Shown: positions 55,080 through 63,935 of the stretch, piece by piece
How the letters are laid out: each line of letters starts with the position of its first letter
Position numbering within the stretch: position 1 is the stretch's first letter
IMG/VR virus record: IMGVR_UViG_3300032516_000004
Coordinates: 1-64,000 of that record
From: a virus
Length of the DNA: 64,000 nt
Strand: one strand, 5' to 3'
Notes under the pieces: generated by a model
Databases searched by the model: none
The model's input: the letters and a program-made list of their open reading frames with translations, nothing else
Told to the model about the DNA's origin: nothing
Program-made: the position numbers and the translations under genes

Positions 55080-56865
55080 AATTATCATACCATGTGGGGG
55101 CATATATTATGTAGGAGGAGCACACATCAATAACCCTAAATTTAAAGTGCTACATGGAGAGCCCGAGGATCGACGGGGCGAAGAAGACTTAGTGCCGTCA
55201 GAAGAAATATCAAAACAAGCATTTAATCTTGATCGAGCAATCCATTGTCTACGAATCCGTAAATCAGAACCAGGTGAAGATATTGAACTTACTGATAAAG
55301 AATGGTTATACAAATCTGCTGGTCTGAGGTATATGGCCGGTAAAACCCCTGGTGAAAAGGTTGGATTATTTATCTTACTTCCTAAAGAATTGGCTAAGCA
55401 ATATCCACCAGAGGGTAAAGCTGGTGAAGACGATTCAGACCCACACGTTACATTATTATATGTAGGAGATGTTCCCAACAATAAATTTGACGATCTTGAA
55501 CAGATCGTTAGAGAAGAACTTACTAGAATGGGGCCTTTTGAAGTTGAATTGTTGCCACCCGACACATTTGTTAATGATGAAGATCAAACCATCTTACACA
55601 GTCCAGTAAAAGGTGACATTCTTGAACCACTTAGCGGCATTATTAAAGAACGATTAATAGATGAAGGATTTGAGTTTAAACATCCTGATAGACCATTTAA
55701 AGGCCATGTAACGATTGAATATGTTGATCCTGGCGAAGAGCCACAATTTTCAGATGTAATGCCCATGGGTTCATGGCTAGTAAATGAAATAGAAATTTGG
55801 GGGCTCGGTGATCCACGAATTATTAAACTAGATGATTCGGGCGACGAACAGCTAGAAAAGAAAGTTGCTGAACAATTTAATAAATGGTCGCAGATCCATA
55901 GACTACCAGATGGTTCGGGGTTTTTCACTGGTTTGGTGGGTGGTGACAAGAAGTCAGACGTTTTTGATCCTCGAATAAACCGGAAAACAAAATCAGATTA
56001 CGTGGGACCTCAGTCTCGACAGGTTGGTGATATTGGGGGTGTAGCGGCTGATACGTCAGATAATTATTATGAAGACGAAACTGGTAAGTATGAAGTATCT
56101 AAATTGATTGAATCATCAGATAATCTACCAATTGTATCAGTAAATGTCCAAAGTGTTGCTGAGCACCCAGACAATAAACAAGGTATCGATGAATTATTGT
56201 CAACACTCGTAAATGACCAACAAGAATTACAACGAACTCAAAATGTGGACTTGTCAGCTCCAATATTGATTAAATCAGATCATATCATCGTGGATGGGTT
56301 CCATCGTGTTGTGCGGGCTATTTTAGATAAGCAATTTACAATACCCGCCAAGATTGTTACACCAGAAATTTTAAGTCAATCCAAGATTGCTCAAAAGAAT
56401 CCTAATTATTTGTTTGTCTATGGTGCCTTGCGCCGAGGTGAGCCATACTATGAGAAATTTCTAGCCGACAGTAAATTTGTCAAGACAGTAAAAACCCAGC
56501 CTAAGTATCATTTGGTGATTACCCAAGCGGCTGGTATGGTACCGGGTGAGAGTGCCGTGGAAGGTGAATTATACGAGGTCCCGGATCACGTGATGGCAGA
56601 GATCGACCAATACGAACATCCCTACTATCGTCAAGAAATTGAATTGGACGACGGCACCAAAGCCAACGCTTACTTTGTCCCTGAAGAAGTCGCTGATATC
56701 GTGGAGGAGGCTCCTAGAATGTCTGAGGGTAGTGATGTCGAATCATCGGTGTTTCCTGGTGCTCAAGATAATGAGAATCTACGGACCGATCCCGTGGAAA
56801 CAGATCAAAACCGAGACATCTTGAGAGAGCATGACACAGAACGTGCCAAATACCGAAATGTGTAG
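55072..56865 (+). CDS. polyvalent protein: 2H phosphoesterase + ParB-like + gamma-glutamylcyclotransferase (GGACT/AIG2) domains
   Basis: PHVTLLY...GHVTIEY (two HxT); PILI...IVDGFHRV; LFVYGALRRGE...VEGELYEV...ID.YE. Confidence 0.85.
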   Translation: MHKIIIPCGGIYYVGGAHINNPKFKVLHGEPEDRRGEEDLVPSEEISKQAFNLDRAIHCLRIRKSEPGEDIELTDKEWLYKSAGLRYMAGKTPGEKVGLFILLPKELAKQYPPEGKAGEDDSDPHVTLLYVGDVPNNKFDDLEQIVREELTRMGPFEVELLPPDTFVNDEDQTILHSPVKGDILEPLSGIIKERLIDEGFEFKHPDRPFKGHVTIEYVDPGEEPQFSDVMPMGSWLVNEIEIWGLGDPRIIKLDDSGDEQLEKKVAEQFNKWSQIHRLPDGSGFFTGLVGGDKKSDVFDPRINRKTKSDYVGPQSRQVGDIGGVAADTSDNYYEDETGKYEVSKLIESSDNLPIVSVNVQSVAEHPDNKQGIDELLSTLVNDQQELQRTQNVDLSAPILIKSDHIIVDGFHRVVRAILDKQFTIPAKIVTPEILSQSKIAQKNPNYLFVYGALRRGEPYYEKFLADSKFVKTVKTQPKYHLVITQAAGMVPGESAVEGELYEVPDHVMAEIDQYEHPYYRQEIELDDGTKANAYFVPEEVADIVEEAPRMSEGSDVESSVFPGAQDNENLRTDPVETDQNRDILREHDTERAKYRNV

Positions 56866-56919
56866 CGTTGTCCCGGTATCTGTGGTATAATGCCTAATGA
56901 TTATTAACGAGGTAATATA

Positions 56920-59900
56920 ATGACAAGTTTAATCCGGGGTAGTATGTATGGGGATCCTAGAGTCCAGGCATCTCGCGAACTACCCCATGGTATGACTCCT
57001 GATTCTATCGAACAACTAGCCTCGAGATTCGAAAATTTCGTGCCCGGTATTTCCAGCTCACAAGGCACAGCATCAAAACAATTCTTTGAAGGTTTGCTGC
57101 CTGAGGGCGCAGAACTGTCACCCAGAACACATCGGCAGGCACAATTCAATATACCGGGTGGCGGCGCATTGAGTAACTTTATTGGTGGAGGGGTTGGGGG
57201 TGGTGGTGGTACCATGGTGACCCCACAACAACCCTACCAGCCAGAGTTCAGCGATCCCTCGAGACAAGCCTATCCCATCCATCGAATTTTGGCTAATCGT
57301 TACTGGCGTTTATTCTATAAGTTAGATCCAACTATTGGCAATTGTGTCGATCTCATGGCCACAATGCCATGGTCAGATTGCCAATTAACAGGTGAAGGGG
57401 TTACCGGTGAAATTAAAGAAGCCTACGAGGAAATGTGGAAAGAGTGTGAGATACTAAAAATTCTTGAATATATGGTTAAGGAATTCTTAGTGGTCGGTGA
57501 AGTGTGTAACCATTGCTTCTTCGATGATTCAAAGGGCATCTGGACCTATGTGGCGCTTCATAATCCTGATCAGCTAGAAGTAATCGATGCCCCATTCATA
57601 AAAATGCAACCGGTAATCGAGTTTATTCCTGACGATCGATTACGAGCAGTTCTTACCTCCAATAATCATCTGTTGCGTCGTATTAGAGAGCAAATGCCTG
57701 CCGAGCTGATCGCTCGTCTAATTGCACGACAAAATATACCGCTTAGCCCTATTAATGCTACTTTTATTCCTCGTCGTTTACATCCCTATGATACTCGTGG
57801 CACCAGCATTATCAGTAGAATGTGGCGGATACTGATGTATGAGGATAGCCAACCACCTGGAACCCCAATTACCAGACCAGATGGCACAAATACACCAATT
57901 GAACAAATATCTATTAATGATCTAATTGTTGGTAAAAACGGTGACATACAAAAAATAACTCATATCTCTGAAAAATACTCAGAAGAACTTATGGAAATTA
58001 AAATTCATGGTGGTTGGACAATTAACTGTACCAAGAGCCATAAATGGCCAATATTCAAAAAGGATAGCTATCGTAGTGGTTCTATAAAAACGCTTGCTTC
58101 AAATATACAGATTGGTGACTATTTATCAATACCTCGACAATTTGTTAAATCTAAGTTAGATAAAAATTCTACTAGTTCCATGGCCAGATTATTGGGTTAT
58201 TATGTGGCCGAGGGATCTAGAACTAATATATCTAGTCAATATAAAGGAAAGACCTATAAATATCACCATGGATTATCCTGGGCTCTATCATTAGATGAAA
58301 AGAACACCTTAGCTAAAGATATTCTTGAAATATGCACTAAAATAAATTGTAGTCCAAAATTTTATGTTGGGAAGTCAAATTTAAGTAGAAATGGCTGTGC
58401 AATACACACTCACAAAAAAGCAGACATCTGGTTAGCTGATTGGATGTTTAGTAATGGAGGTGAACACGCGGCTACAAAACAGCTCTCTCAAATGGTAATG
58501 GGGTGGCCTCTAAAACTTAAACAAGAATTTATTCGTGGTTATTTTAGAGGCGATGGATCATATAATCTATTGTGTAAGCCTAAAACAAAAATAACACAAA
58601 GACGTACAGTTCAAAGCACTGTAAAAGCAGCAACCGTATCATCTGCTCTGGCGTATCAAATACAACTAATCCTTGCCCAATTGGGAATTTTTGCTAAGAT
58701 TAGGGTCTATCAACCACCCAACAATGATGGAAGAAATAGACGAAAAATTAATTATATAGAATGTACTGGTCGTCATGGTGATAAGCTAGCGTCGGTTGTT
58801 TGGGGTAAAGTTAGAGAACGATCTGTTATGGATCACAGATCGCAATCACGTGTTGTTGTAACTAAGACACACATATTGTTACCAATCACCAAGGTGGCCA
58901 TCGAAAAATATGATGGATTAGTCTATAGTCTTGAAACATCTGGTGATCACTCATATTTAAATGCAAATGTCGCAACATATAATTCGATTTATAATGCATC
59001 TATTCAAACGGCTAGAAGACAGAGTAGTCCCTTGAAGATCGCTAAACTAGGAAATCCGCAAACAGGCTGGATTCCCAGCCCTGAACATGAACAACGTCTA
59101 CTACGTTTGTTAGCTCAGGCTGAAATGGATCCTGCGGCATGGATCACGTACCATTACGGGATCCAATTTGAGTTGGTTGGTGTTCAAGAACGAGTAATGA
59201 ACATCAGCCAACACAATGAAGTGATTGAACGGATTAAGTTAGTTGCACTCGGAATTAGTAAAGCGTTCCTATCGGGCGAGGTCACGTATAGCTCGGCCTA
59301 CACGGGTCTTTCAGTTTTCTTGCAACGCATGAAGGCGATGCGTAATTTCTTTGTTAATAGTTGGGTGATCCCCAAGTTCTTTACTCCAATTGCGAAGATG
59401 AACGGTTGGGTGAAGAGTGACAAGGGTGAACTGAACCATCGGTACCGAATTAAGAGATCCCAGCGAGAGATTGAACAACAAAATCGGTACATAATCCCAC
59501 ATATTGAATGGGAAAAACAACTTGACCAGACCATTAATAGTGATTTGGTAAATGCCATGACCTCACTCGAGGGTCTAGGGATCAAGTTCTCCAAGACCAC
59601 CAAGTATGCGGCGGTGAATAAGAAGTTTGAGGAAGAGGTTCGGAAGATCAAGGAAGAGCAAAAATTCGAAATGGAGCTAGCCCCATATATTGCGCCTAGT
59701 CAAGTGGCGGGTGGACCTGGTGCACCCGGTGGTGCTCCACCAATGCCTACTGGAGGAGGGCCACCGGCCCCAATGGGTGGTGAGCCTGAACCAGGCGCTG
59801 GGGCATTACCTCCAGGAGCCATGGGTCCAGGTGCTGAAGCGTCGTCTGATAAAGCGGGGGCAGGTGGTGGTACGGGTCCTTCAGGTAAGAAGGATCCAGC

Positions 59901-60402
59901 AGTTCGTGATATGGAATCCAGTATCTGGGATCGTAAAGGTAGGTCCGGGAATTGGTCGGCGTCAGAAATTCATGAGCTTGATCAGTTGATCCGCGAGGGA
60001 CATACTGACTCACCATTGTGGGGTGATATGGATGGTCCAGCATTTAGAAAGGCTGTGAATTCCCAGGACGCTTGGCAAGTCCTTGAGGTTATTGAAGATC
60101 ACTTGACTGACCATGGATATCCGGCAGATGACATCCGACAACTACGTAGAATTCTCGATGAAGAGGGGGTTCTAAAGGACATATCGACTGGTGATGTAGA
60201 AGTATTAAAGTCTGTTGAACGGAAAATGGATGATAGTGGTACATTAAACGATCAAGATGCCATGGAACGACTATCAGCACAAATAGATGGTGAAAAGACT
60301 GGCACAGTAGAAATGGGAAATCCAGAGTTACTCTACGTTGGTCATGGAAATCAAGATATTGGGTCCTGGAGCGGGGATATTAGTGATAAGATTCCTAGAT
60401 AA
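56920..60402 (+). CDS. portal protein containing an intein
   Basis: WRLFYKLDPTIG..VD...PWSD, EFLVVGEV, P/G-rich tail; position downstream of terL; intein splits YED|S IYN. Confidence 0.75.
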   Translation: MTSLIRGSMYGDPRVQASRELPHGMTPDSIEQLASRFENFVPGISSSQGTASKQFFEGLLPEGAELSPRTHRQAQFNIPGGGALSNFIGGGVGGGGGTMVTPQQPYQPEFSDPSRQAYPIHRILANRYWRLFYKLDPTIGNCVDLMATMPWSDCQLTGEGVTGEIKEAYEEMWKECEILKILEYMVKEFLVVGEVCNHCFFDDSKGIWTYVALHNPDQLEVIDAPFIKMQPVIEFIPDDRLRAVLTSNNHLLRRIREQMPAELIARLIARQNIPLSPINATFIPRRLHPYDTRGTSIISRMWRILMYEDSQPPGTPITRPDGTNTPIEQISINDLIVGKNGDIQKITHISEKYSEELMEIKIHGGWTINCTKSHKWPIFKKDSYRSGSIKTLASNIQIGDYLSIPRQFVKSKLDKNSTSSMARLLGYYVAEGSRTNISSQYKGKTYKYHHGLSWALSLDEKNTLAKDILEICTKINCSPKFYVGKSNLSRNGCAIHTHKKADIWLADWMFSNGGEHAATKQLSQMVMGWPLKLKQEFIRGYFRGDGSYNLLCKPKTKITQRRTVQSTVKAATVSSALAYQIQLILAQLGIFAKIRVYQPPNNDGRNRRKINYIECTGRHGDKLASVVWGKVRERSVMDHRSQSRVVVTKTHILLPITKVAIEKYDGLVYSLETSGDHSYLNANVATYNSIYNASIQTARRQSSPLKIAKLGNPQTGWIPSPEHEQRLLRLLAQAEMDPAAWITYHYGIQFELVGVQERVMNISQHNEVIERIKLVALGISKAFLSGEVTYSSAYTGLSVFLQRMKAMRNFFVNSWVIPKFFTPIAKMNGWVKSDKGELNHRYRIKRSQREIEQQNRYIIPHIEWEKQLDQTINSDLVNAMTSLEGLGIKFSKTTKYAAVNKKFEEEVRKIKEEQKFEMELAPYIAPSQVAGGPGAPGGAPPMPTGGGPPAPMGGEPEPGAGALPPGAMGPGAEASSDKAGAGGGTGPSGKKDPAVRDMESSIWDRKGRSGNWSASEIHELDQLIREGHTDSPLWGDMDGPAFRKAVNSQDAWQVLEVIEDHLTDHGYPADDIRQLRRILDEEGVLKDISTGDVEVLKSVERKMDDSGTLNDQDAMERLSAQIDGEKTGTVEMGNPELLYVGHGNQDIGSWSGDISDKIPR
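57847..58983 (+). mobile_element. intein with LAGLIDADG homing endonuclease (379 aa)
   Basis: Block A SQPPGTPI, block B TKSH, LLGYYVAEGS and FIRGYFRGDGS, block F VYSLET, end TYN followed by +1 Ser. Confidence 0.9.
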
Positions 60403-60603
60403 TTACTTCTTACGAACATATTCCACAACTCTATACGGGGCATCGTGGCCCATCTTAAATTCTTTAATTTCTTTCATGGCACTTCGTTTTGTGTGATGAA
60501 TCTCATACCCACATTGGTACCACAGTCCCCTACGTTCTCCAGTAATATGGTTAGATTCTTCTCGTGTTTCTACTAAATAAATTTTCATTTTAACATTTAC
60601 CAT
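60403..60603 (-). CDS. hypothetical protein
   Basis: ORF convergent on portal. Confidence 0.55.
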   Translation of the reverse strand: MVNVKMKIYLVETREESNHITGERRGLWYQCGYEIHHTKRSAMKEIKEFKMGHDAPYRVVEYVRKK

Positions 60604-60845
60604 GTTGGATCCTTTACCACAGTCATTGATCTTTTATTACATTCTGGGCATTTATATTCGTATGTTCCCGGTATTTTGGGTGCTGGGGGTGGGTGGTGAT
60701 ATTGATGCCTACATTGTTGCTTGTCGGCGGTGTACGATCCCGCAAACTTAGCTCTTGCTCTGTCTAATAAGATTTTAACCCTATATGGTGGAAGGCTATG
60801 TACCATATTGTGGTTCATATATTCTATTATAGTCGGTAGCATCAT
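60597..60845 (-). CDS. small Zn-ribbon protein
   Basis: CRH..H.PP....YEYKCPEC. Confidence 0.55.
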   Translation of the reverse strand: MMLPTIIEYMNHNMVHSLPPYRVKILLDRARAKFAGSYTADKQQCRHQYHHPPPAPKIPGTYEYKCPECNKRSMTVVKDPTW

Positions 60846-61323
60846 TTATGTTTTGGTCTAACATAAATGCCCGATCCCAAGTAAAACTAAATTTGTTGAT
60901 AATGTCGGTAATTAATTTTTTGTCAGTTATTACAATAGAACAGTCAAACATTGTGCTGGGGGACCAATTTCTTCCACCAAGAATTGCTACCGGTTTTGTC
61001 CCATAAATTATTACACATTTAAAATGACTTTTAGGTAATACTCGACAAGTCATTTGATGCCCGATGTGTTTCGAAATGCTCCTTGCTTTCTCAACGCATT
61101 TATCAAATGAAGTATTGGTTTTTAATTTTAGGAAACCATTTTTAGGTGGAGCGCCAATTAACAGTCTACATGGAATATTGCGACCCTTAATCATATTTAA
61201 CATGTTAGACGCTTGTTTATATAGAATAACACCATACGATGCTATGTCCACACGCTTAGCATCTAAAAGCTTATTTTGAATGAATCGCCAATATTCCTGT
61301 TCATCCCAAATAAGTTCAGTCAT
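60796..61323 (-). CDS. phospholipase D-like (HKD) nuclease domain protein
   Basis: SHFKCVI...AILGGRNWS. Confidence 0.75.
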   Translation of the reverse strand: MTELIWDEQEYWRFIQNKLLDAKRVDIASYGVILYKQASNMLNMIKGRNIPCRLLIGAPPKNGFLKLKTNTSFDKCVEKARSISKHIGHQMTCRVLPKSHFKCVIIYGTKPVAILGGRNWSPSTMFDCSIVITDKKLITDIINKFSFTWDRAFMLDQNINDATDYNRIYEPQYGT

Positions 61324-61514
61324 TTTGGTTTTTGTAGTTTTTTAATTCCTGTTAAAATCATGTCGTCAGCATCATTTGTTAATAACATATCACCATCTTC
61401 TAACCATGGATTTCTTATCAAAATAGTAATTTTAGTTTCATATGGTCGATCAAACATTTGAGCAATTTTATTTAAATAACCGCTAATCTCTCGATGCGCG
61501 TCTTGTATATTCAT
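61320..61514 (-). CDS. hypothetical protein
   Basis: ORF in operon. Confidence 0.6.
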   Translation of the reverse strand: MNIQDAHREISGYLNKIAQMFDRPYETKITILIRNPWLEDGDMLLTNDADDMILTGIKKLQKPK

Positions 61515-61515
61515 T

Positions 61516-61899
61516 CTATTTGTCTTCCGGTATGGTGTGAGTTATAGTGTATTTAGCTTCTGTTAGCGGGTCAGGTTTTAAACCATTATAATTACAGATG
61601 AGACATGGTGTGCTATTCATGATTACACCAATTGGTTTCATAGGGTGTTGATGACGAATCCACCCACCGTCACATTTACATGTTACGTTTCCAGCTCCGA
61701 TTTTATCAATATACTGGGTAACTAATTCTCGATTATTTTCAATCGCCCAACGAAGATCAATGCGTTCTCCCTCAAGGACACCATCAACTATTCCAACCAC
61801 GGCATTAAATAGTTGACTGTCGATTTTAATGGGATCAATACCACGATTAACTAAACCGTTAGTTACGATGTCGATTGCAGCTTGAATGTTTATTGACAT
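61516..61899 (-). CDS. hypothetical protein with Cys motif
   Basis: CKCDGG...CLICN..G. Confidence 0.6.
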   Translation of the reverse strand: MSINIQAAIDIVTNGLVNRGIDPIKIDSQLFNAVVGIVDGVLEGERIDLRWAIENNRELVTQYIDKIGAGNVTCKCDGGWIRHQHPMKPIGVIMNSTPCLICNYNGLKPDPLTEAKYTITHTIPEDK

Positions 61900-62394
61900 T
61901 TACCACCACGGCCATCTATCGTTAGGTCCGTCAATCCATTGTTCTCTTGGAACGTTCACCAATTGCCCCGCTCGTTTTCTAGCCATTCGTTCAGCCCAAC
62001 AATCCAAATATGGGTGCCGATTCTTTTGGAATAAGTATATAACGATCATATGACCCATATAGGTAACATAAAACAGTAGACCTAACCACAACCATTGCCA
62101 ACAATGTGTGCCCTCGTGAACCACTATTCTAGCAACCGATGCATCATCTTCTGGTCCAACTTCATCACGATAAACCATAAATAAGAATAATCCAACTCCC
62201 GCCCAATCCTTCCAGAGTTTATCATGCCACTTCTTCATCCGATAAGATAAACGAAATTTTACAAACGCACCACATCTACCAGTGTGAATGAAATCACCAG
62301 ACCAATACCCACATAGGGCATAGATCCAACATATCACGAGCGGAGCCACCCAATTAAATGATATGATAAAAAGAGTTGTTTGCCACCAATTCAT
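61900..62394 (-). CDS. membrane-anchored HExxH metallopeptidase-like protein
   Basis: VVHEGTHCWQ...Y...ERMAR. Confidence 0.65.
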   Translation of the reverse strand: MNWWQTTLFIISFNWVAPLVICWIYALCGYWSGDFIHTGRCGAFVKFRLSYRMKKWHDKLWKDWAGVGLFLFMVYRDEVGPEDDASVARIVVHEGTHCWQWLWLGLLFYVTYMGHMIVIYLFQKNRHPYLDCWAERMARKRAGQLVNVPREQWIDGPNDRWPWW

Positions 62395-62396
62395 TG

Positions 62397-62927
62397 TTAT
62401 ACCTCATTACCCCAGTGATCCCAGTTTGAGCGTATTTCCCTTGCGAACATCTCAAGTCTAGGACTTGGACTTATACTTTCAAAATAAGCAAATGCCTCAT
62501 CGGGTTTCTTGCTATGTCGAGTTCTTGTGGCAAATACCACTGATGGCTTTCTATTTATTGGTTTTGGCACCATCGCGGCACCACGTGTACCCAATAGACA
62601 CAGTTCGTGAGATCCCATGATGTATCGACCAAGACCTTTTTGCAATTTCCCATTAGCGCCCATCTTGACCCACGCGATATGAGTTACATACCTAAACCCA
62701 ATGTCTTTCATCACTACCAAGGCATCAGGAAGATGATTTAAGGTCACCCACATCCACAGATGGGCGTCCACATCAACGAAGTCCCAACACGGCGAATTTA
62801 GAATGACACGTACAACGTCTGGGGTACGTAGAAGGTTGTAGTGCTTGTCAGAACCACGTTTTATTTTACCACCACCTGGTTCCCACCACGGTGGATCAAC
62901 TACAACACATTTATACATAATTATCAT
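62397..62927 (-). CDS. MT-A70-family N6-adenine methyltransferase
   Basis: VVDPPW, LWMWVT, ELCLLGTRG, HSKKPDE, LEMFAR...WGNE. Confidence 0.9.
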   Translation of the reverse strand: MIIMYKCVVVDPPWWEPGGGKIKRGSDKHYNLLRTPDVVRVILNSPCWDFVDVDAHLWMWVTLNHLPDALVVMKDIGFRYVTHIAWVKMGANGKLQKGLGRYIMGSHELCLLGTRGAAMVPKPINRKPSVVFATRTRHSKKPDEAFAYFESISPSPRLEMFAREIRSNWDHWGNEV

Positions 62928-63253
62928 CCACGTTTAAGCTCATCTATTGCTGGATAAGCTTTACCACGTCCTGGTTTTCTAAACCATCCTTTCAAACCAT
63001 CTCTTGGTATATAAGTACCAAAACATCCTTGACCACATATGTCTTCAACATTACGTAATTTACGTGCGGCGTCTATTGTGATTTTACCACAAGCATTACA
63101 AAGCGAAGCCATTACCACCTTATTTTTAATGTGGACATGACCAGATTCATATTCGACGATAGATGACCCACATACCACACAATTTACTGTACTAGCCATT
63201 TTGCATCCCCGCTCTCTCACCAAGTTCCTTCCTCCACCAATATTGCCCTTCAC
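62924..63253 (-). CDS. Zn-finger protein
   Basis: CVVC...CNAC. Confidence 0.55.
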   Translation of the reverse strand: MKGNIGGGRNLVRERGCKMASTVNCVVCGSSIVEYESGHVHIKNKVVMASLCNACGKITIDAARKLRNVEDICGQGCFGTYIPRDGLKGWFRKPGRGKAYPAIDELKRG

Positions 63254-63686
63254 CTTCTTGGCGAGCCCTAAAATTGGTATATCCTAGAGCCCAACGAATT
63301 GCATTCTTGAGCTGTTTGATTTGTTTCTTATATTCTTTAAGCCTTTTGGTTAAATACAAGTTATCAAATGGTTTTCCTTTGCCATAGAATACTTTGAAGA
63401 ATTCCTGGGCCGACAATTTACCATTATTATCAAATGTGAGGAATGGGACATCAATAAAATAGTCTGATTTTATGGTTGGCAAAATGTCATAGACACACCG
63501 CCATGAACATAGATGTAAATGCTTACATGCGTGATCCTGGGTAAACACTTTGATCTCTAAGTATTCTCGATCATCCTTATTGAAGTCAATTAGTTGCTTA
63601 CACCAATCGCAACCATATGTGGCCTCAGACATGATTTTACGACTTCCACACTTACATGTTTTATATTTTGCCTCTTTTATAAGCAT
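63192..63686 (-). CDS. hypothetical protein with Cys motifs (start MLIKE)
   Basis: GGAGG RBS; CKC...CDWC. Confidence 0.6.
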   Translation of the reverse strand: MLIKEAKYKTCKCGSRKIMSEATYGCDWCKQLIDFNKDDREYLEIKVFTQDHACKHLHLCSWRCVYDILPTIKSDYFIDVPFLTFDNNGKLSAQEFFKVFYGKGKPFDNLYLTKRLKEYKKQIKQLKNAIRWALGYTNFRARQEGEGQYWWRKELGERAGMQNG

Positions 63687-63707
63687 ATGACCTCCAAATA
63701 TAGGGAA

Positions 63708-63725
63708 TTGCAAATTTTGTGCCTA
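63708..63725 (-). promoter_or_regulatory. sigma54 promoter
   Basis: Minus strand TAGGCACAAAATTTGCAA, upstream of GGAGG RBS. Confidence 0.7.
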
Positions 63726-63935
63726 TGTCTCCCTATCATATTTCTTACAAGTATGGATTCGACCGTTTTGGTTAGCTAATCTCCAACCTCGTTCAGTTAC
63801 CACCCACTTTAAATATTTATGACCACAATATCTACATGTAAATGACCGTGGATATTGATCTTCTTGTTCACATTCCCATTCATTGTCCCAATTGTCCAGG
63901 GCATCATTGATAGCGTCGTCTGCCATATCGCCCAT
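63723..63935 (-). CDS. conserved small phage Zn protein (MGDMADD...CRYCG...W...WRL...HTC)
   Basis: Recurrent phage motif. Confidence 0.7.
   Translation of the reverse strand: MGDMADDAINDALDNWDNEWECEQEDQYPRSFTCRYCGHKYLKWVVTERGWRLANQNGRIHTCKKYDRET

Noticed and set aside
151-63779. Numerous antisense/overlapping ORFs in the track (e.g. 2288-2650, 16754-17389, 19913-20698, 23928-24554, 55107-55565)
   Set aside because: They lie opposite well-supported genes, lack RBS and motifs, and have atypical composition
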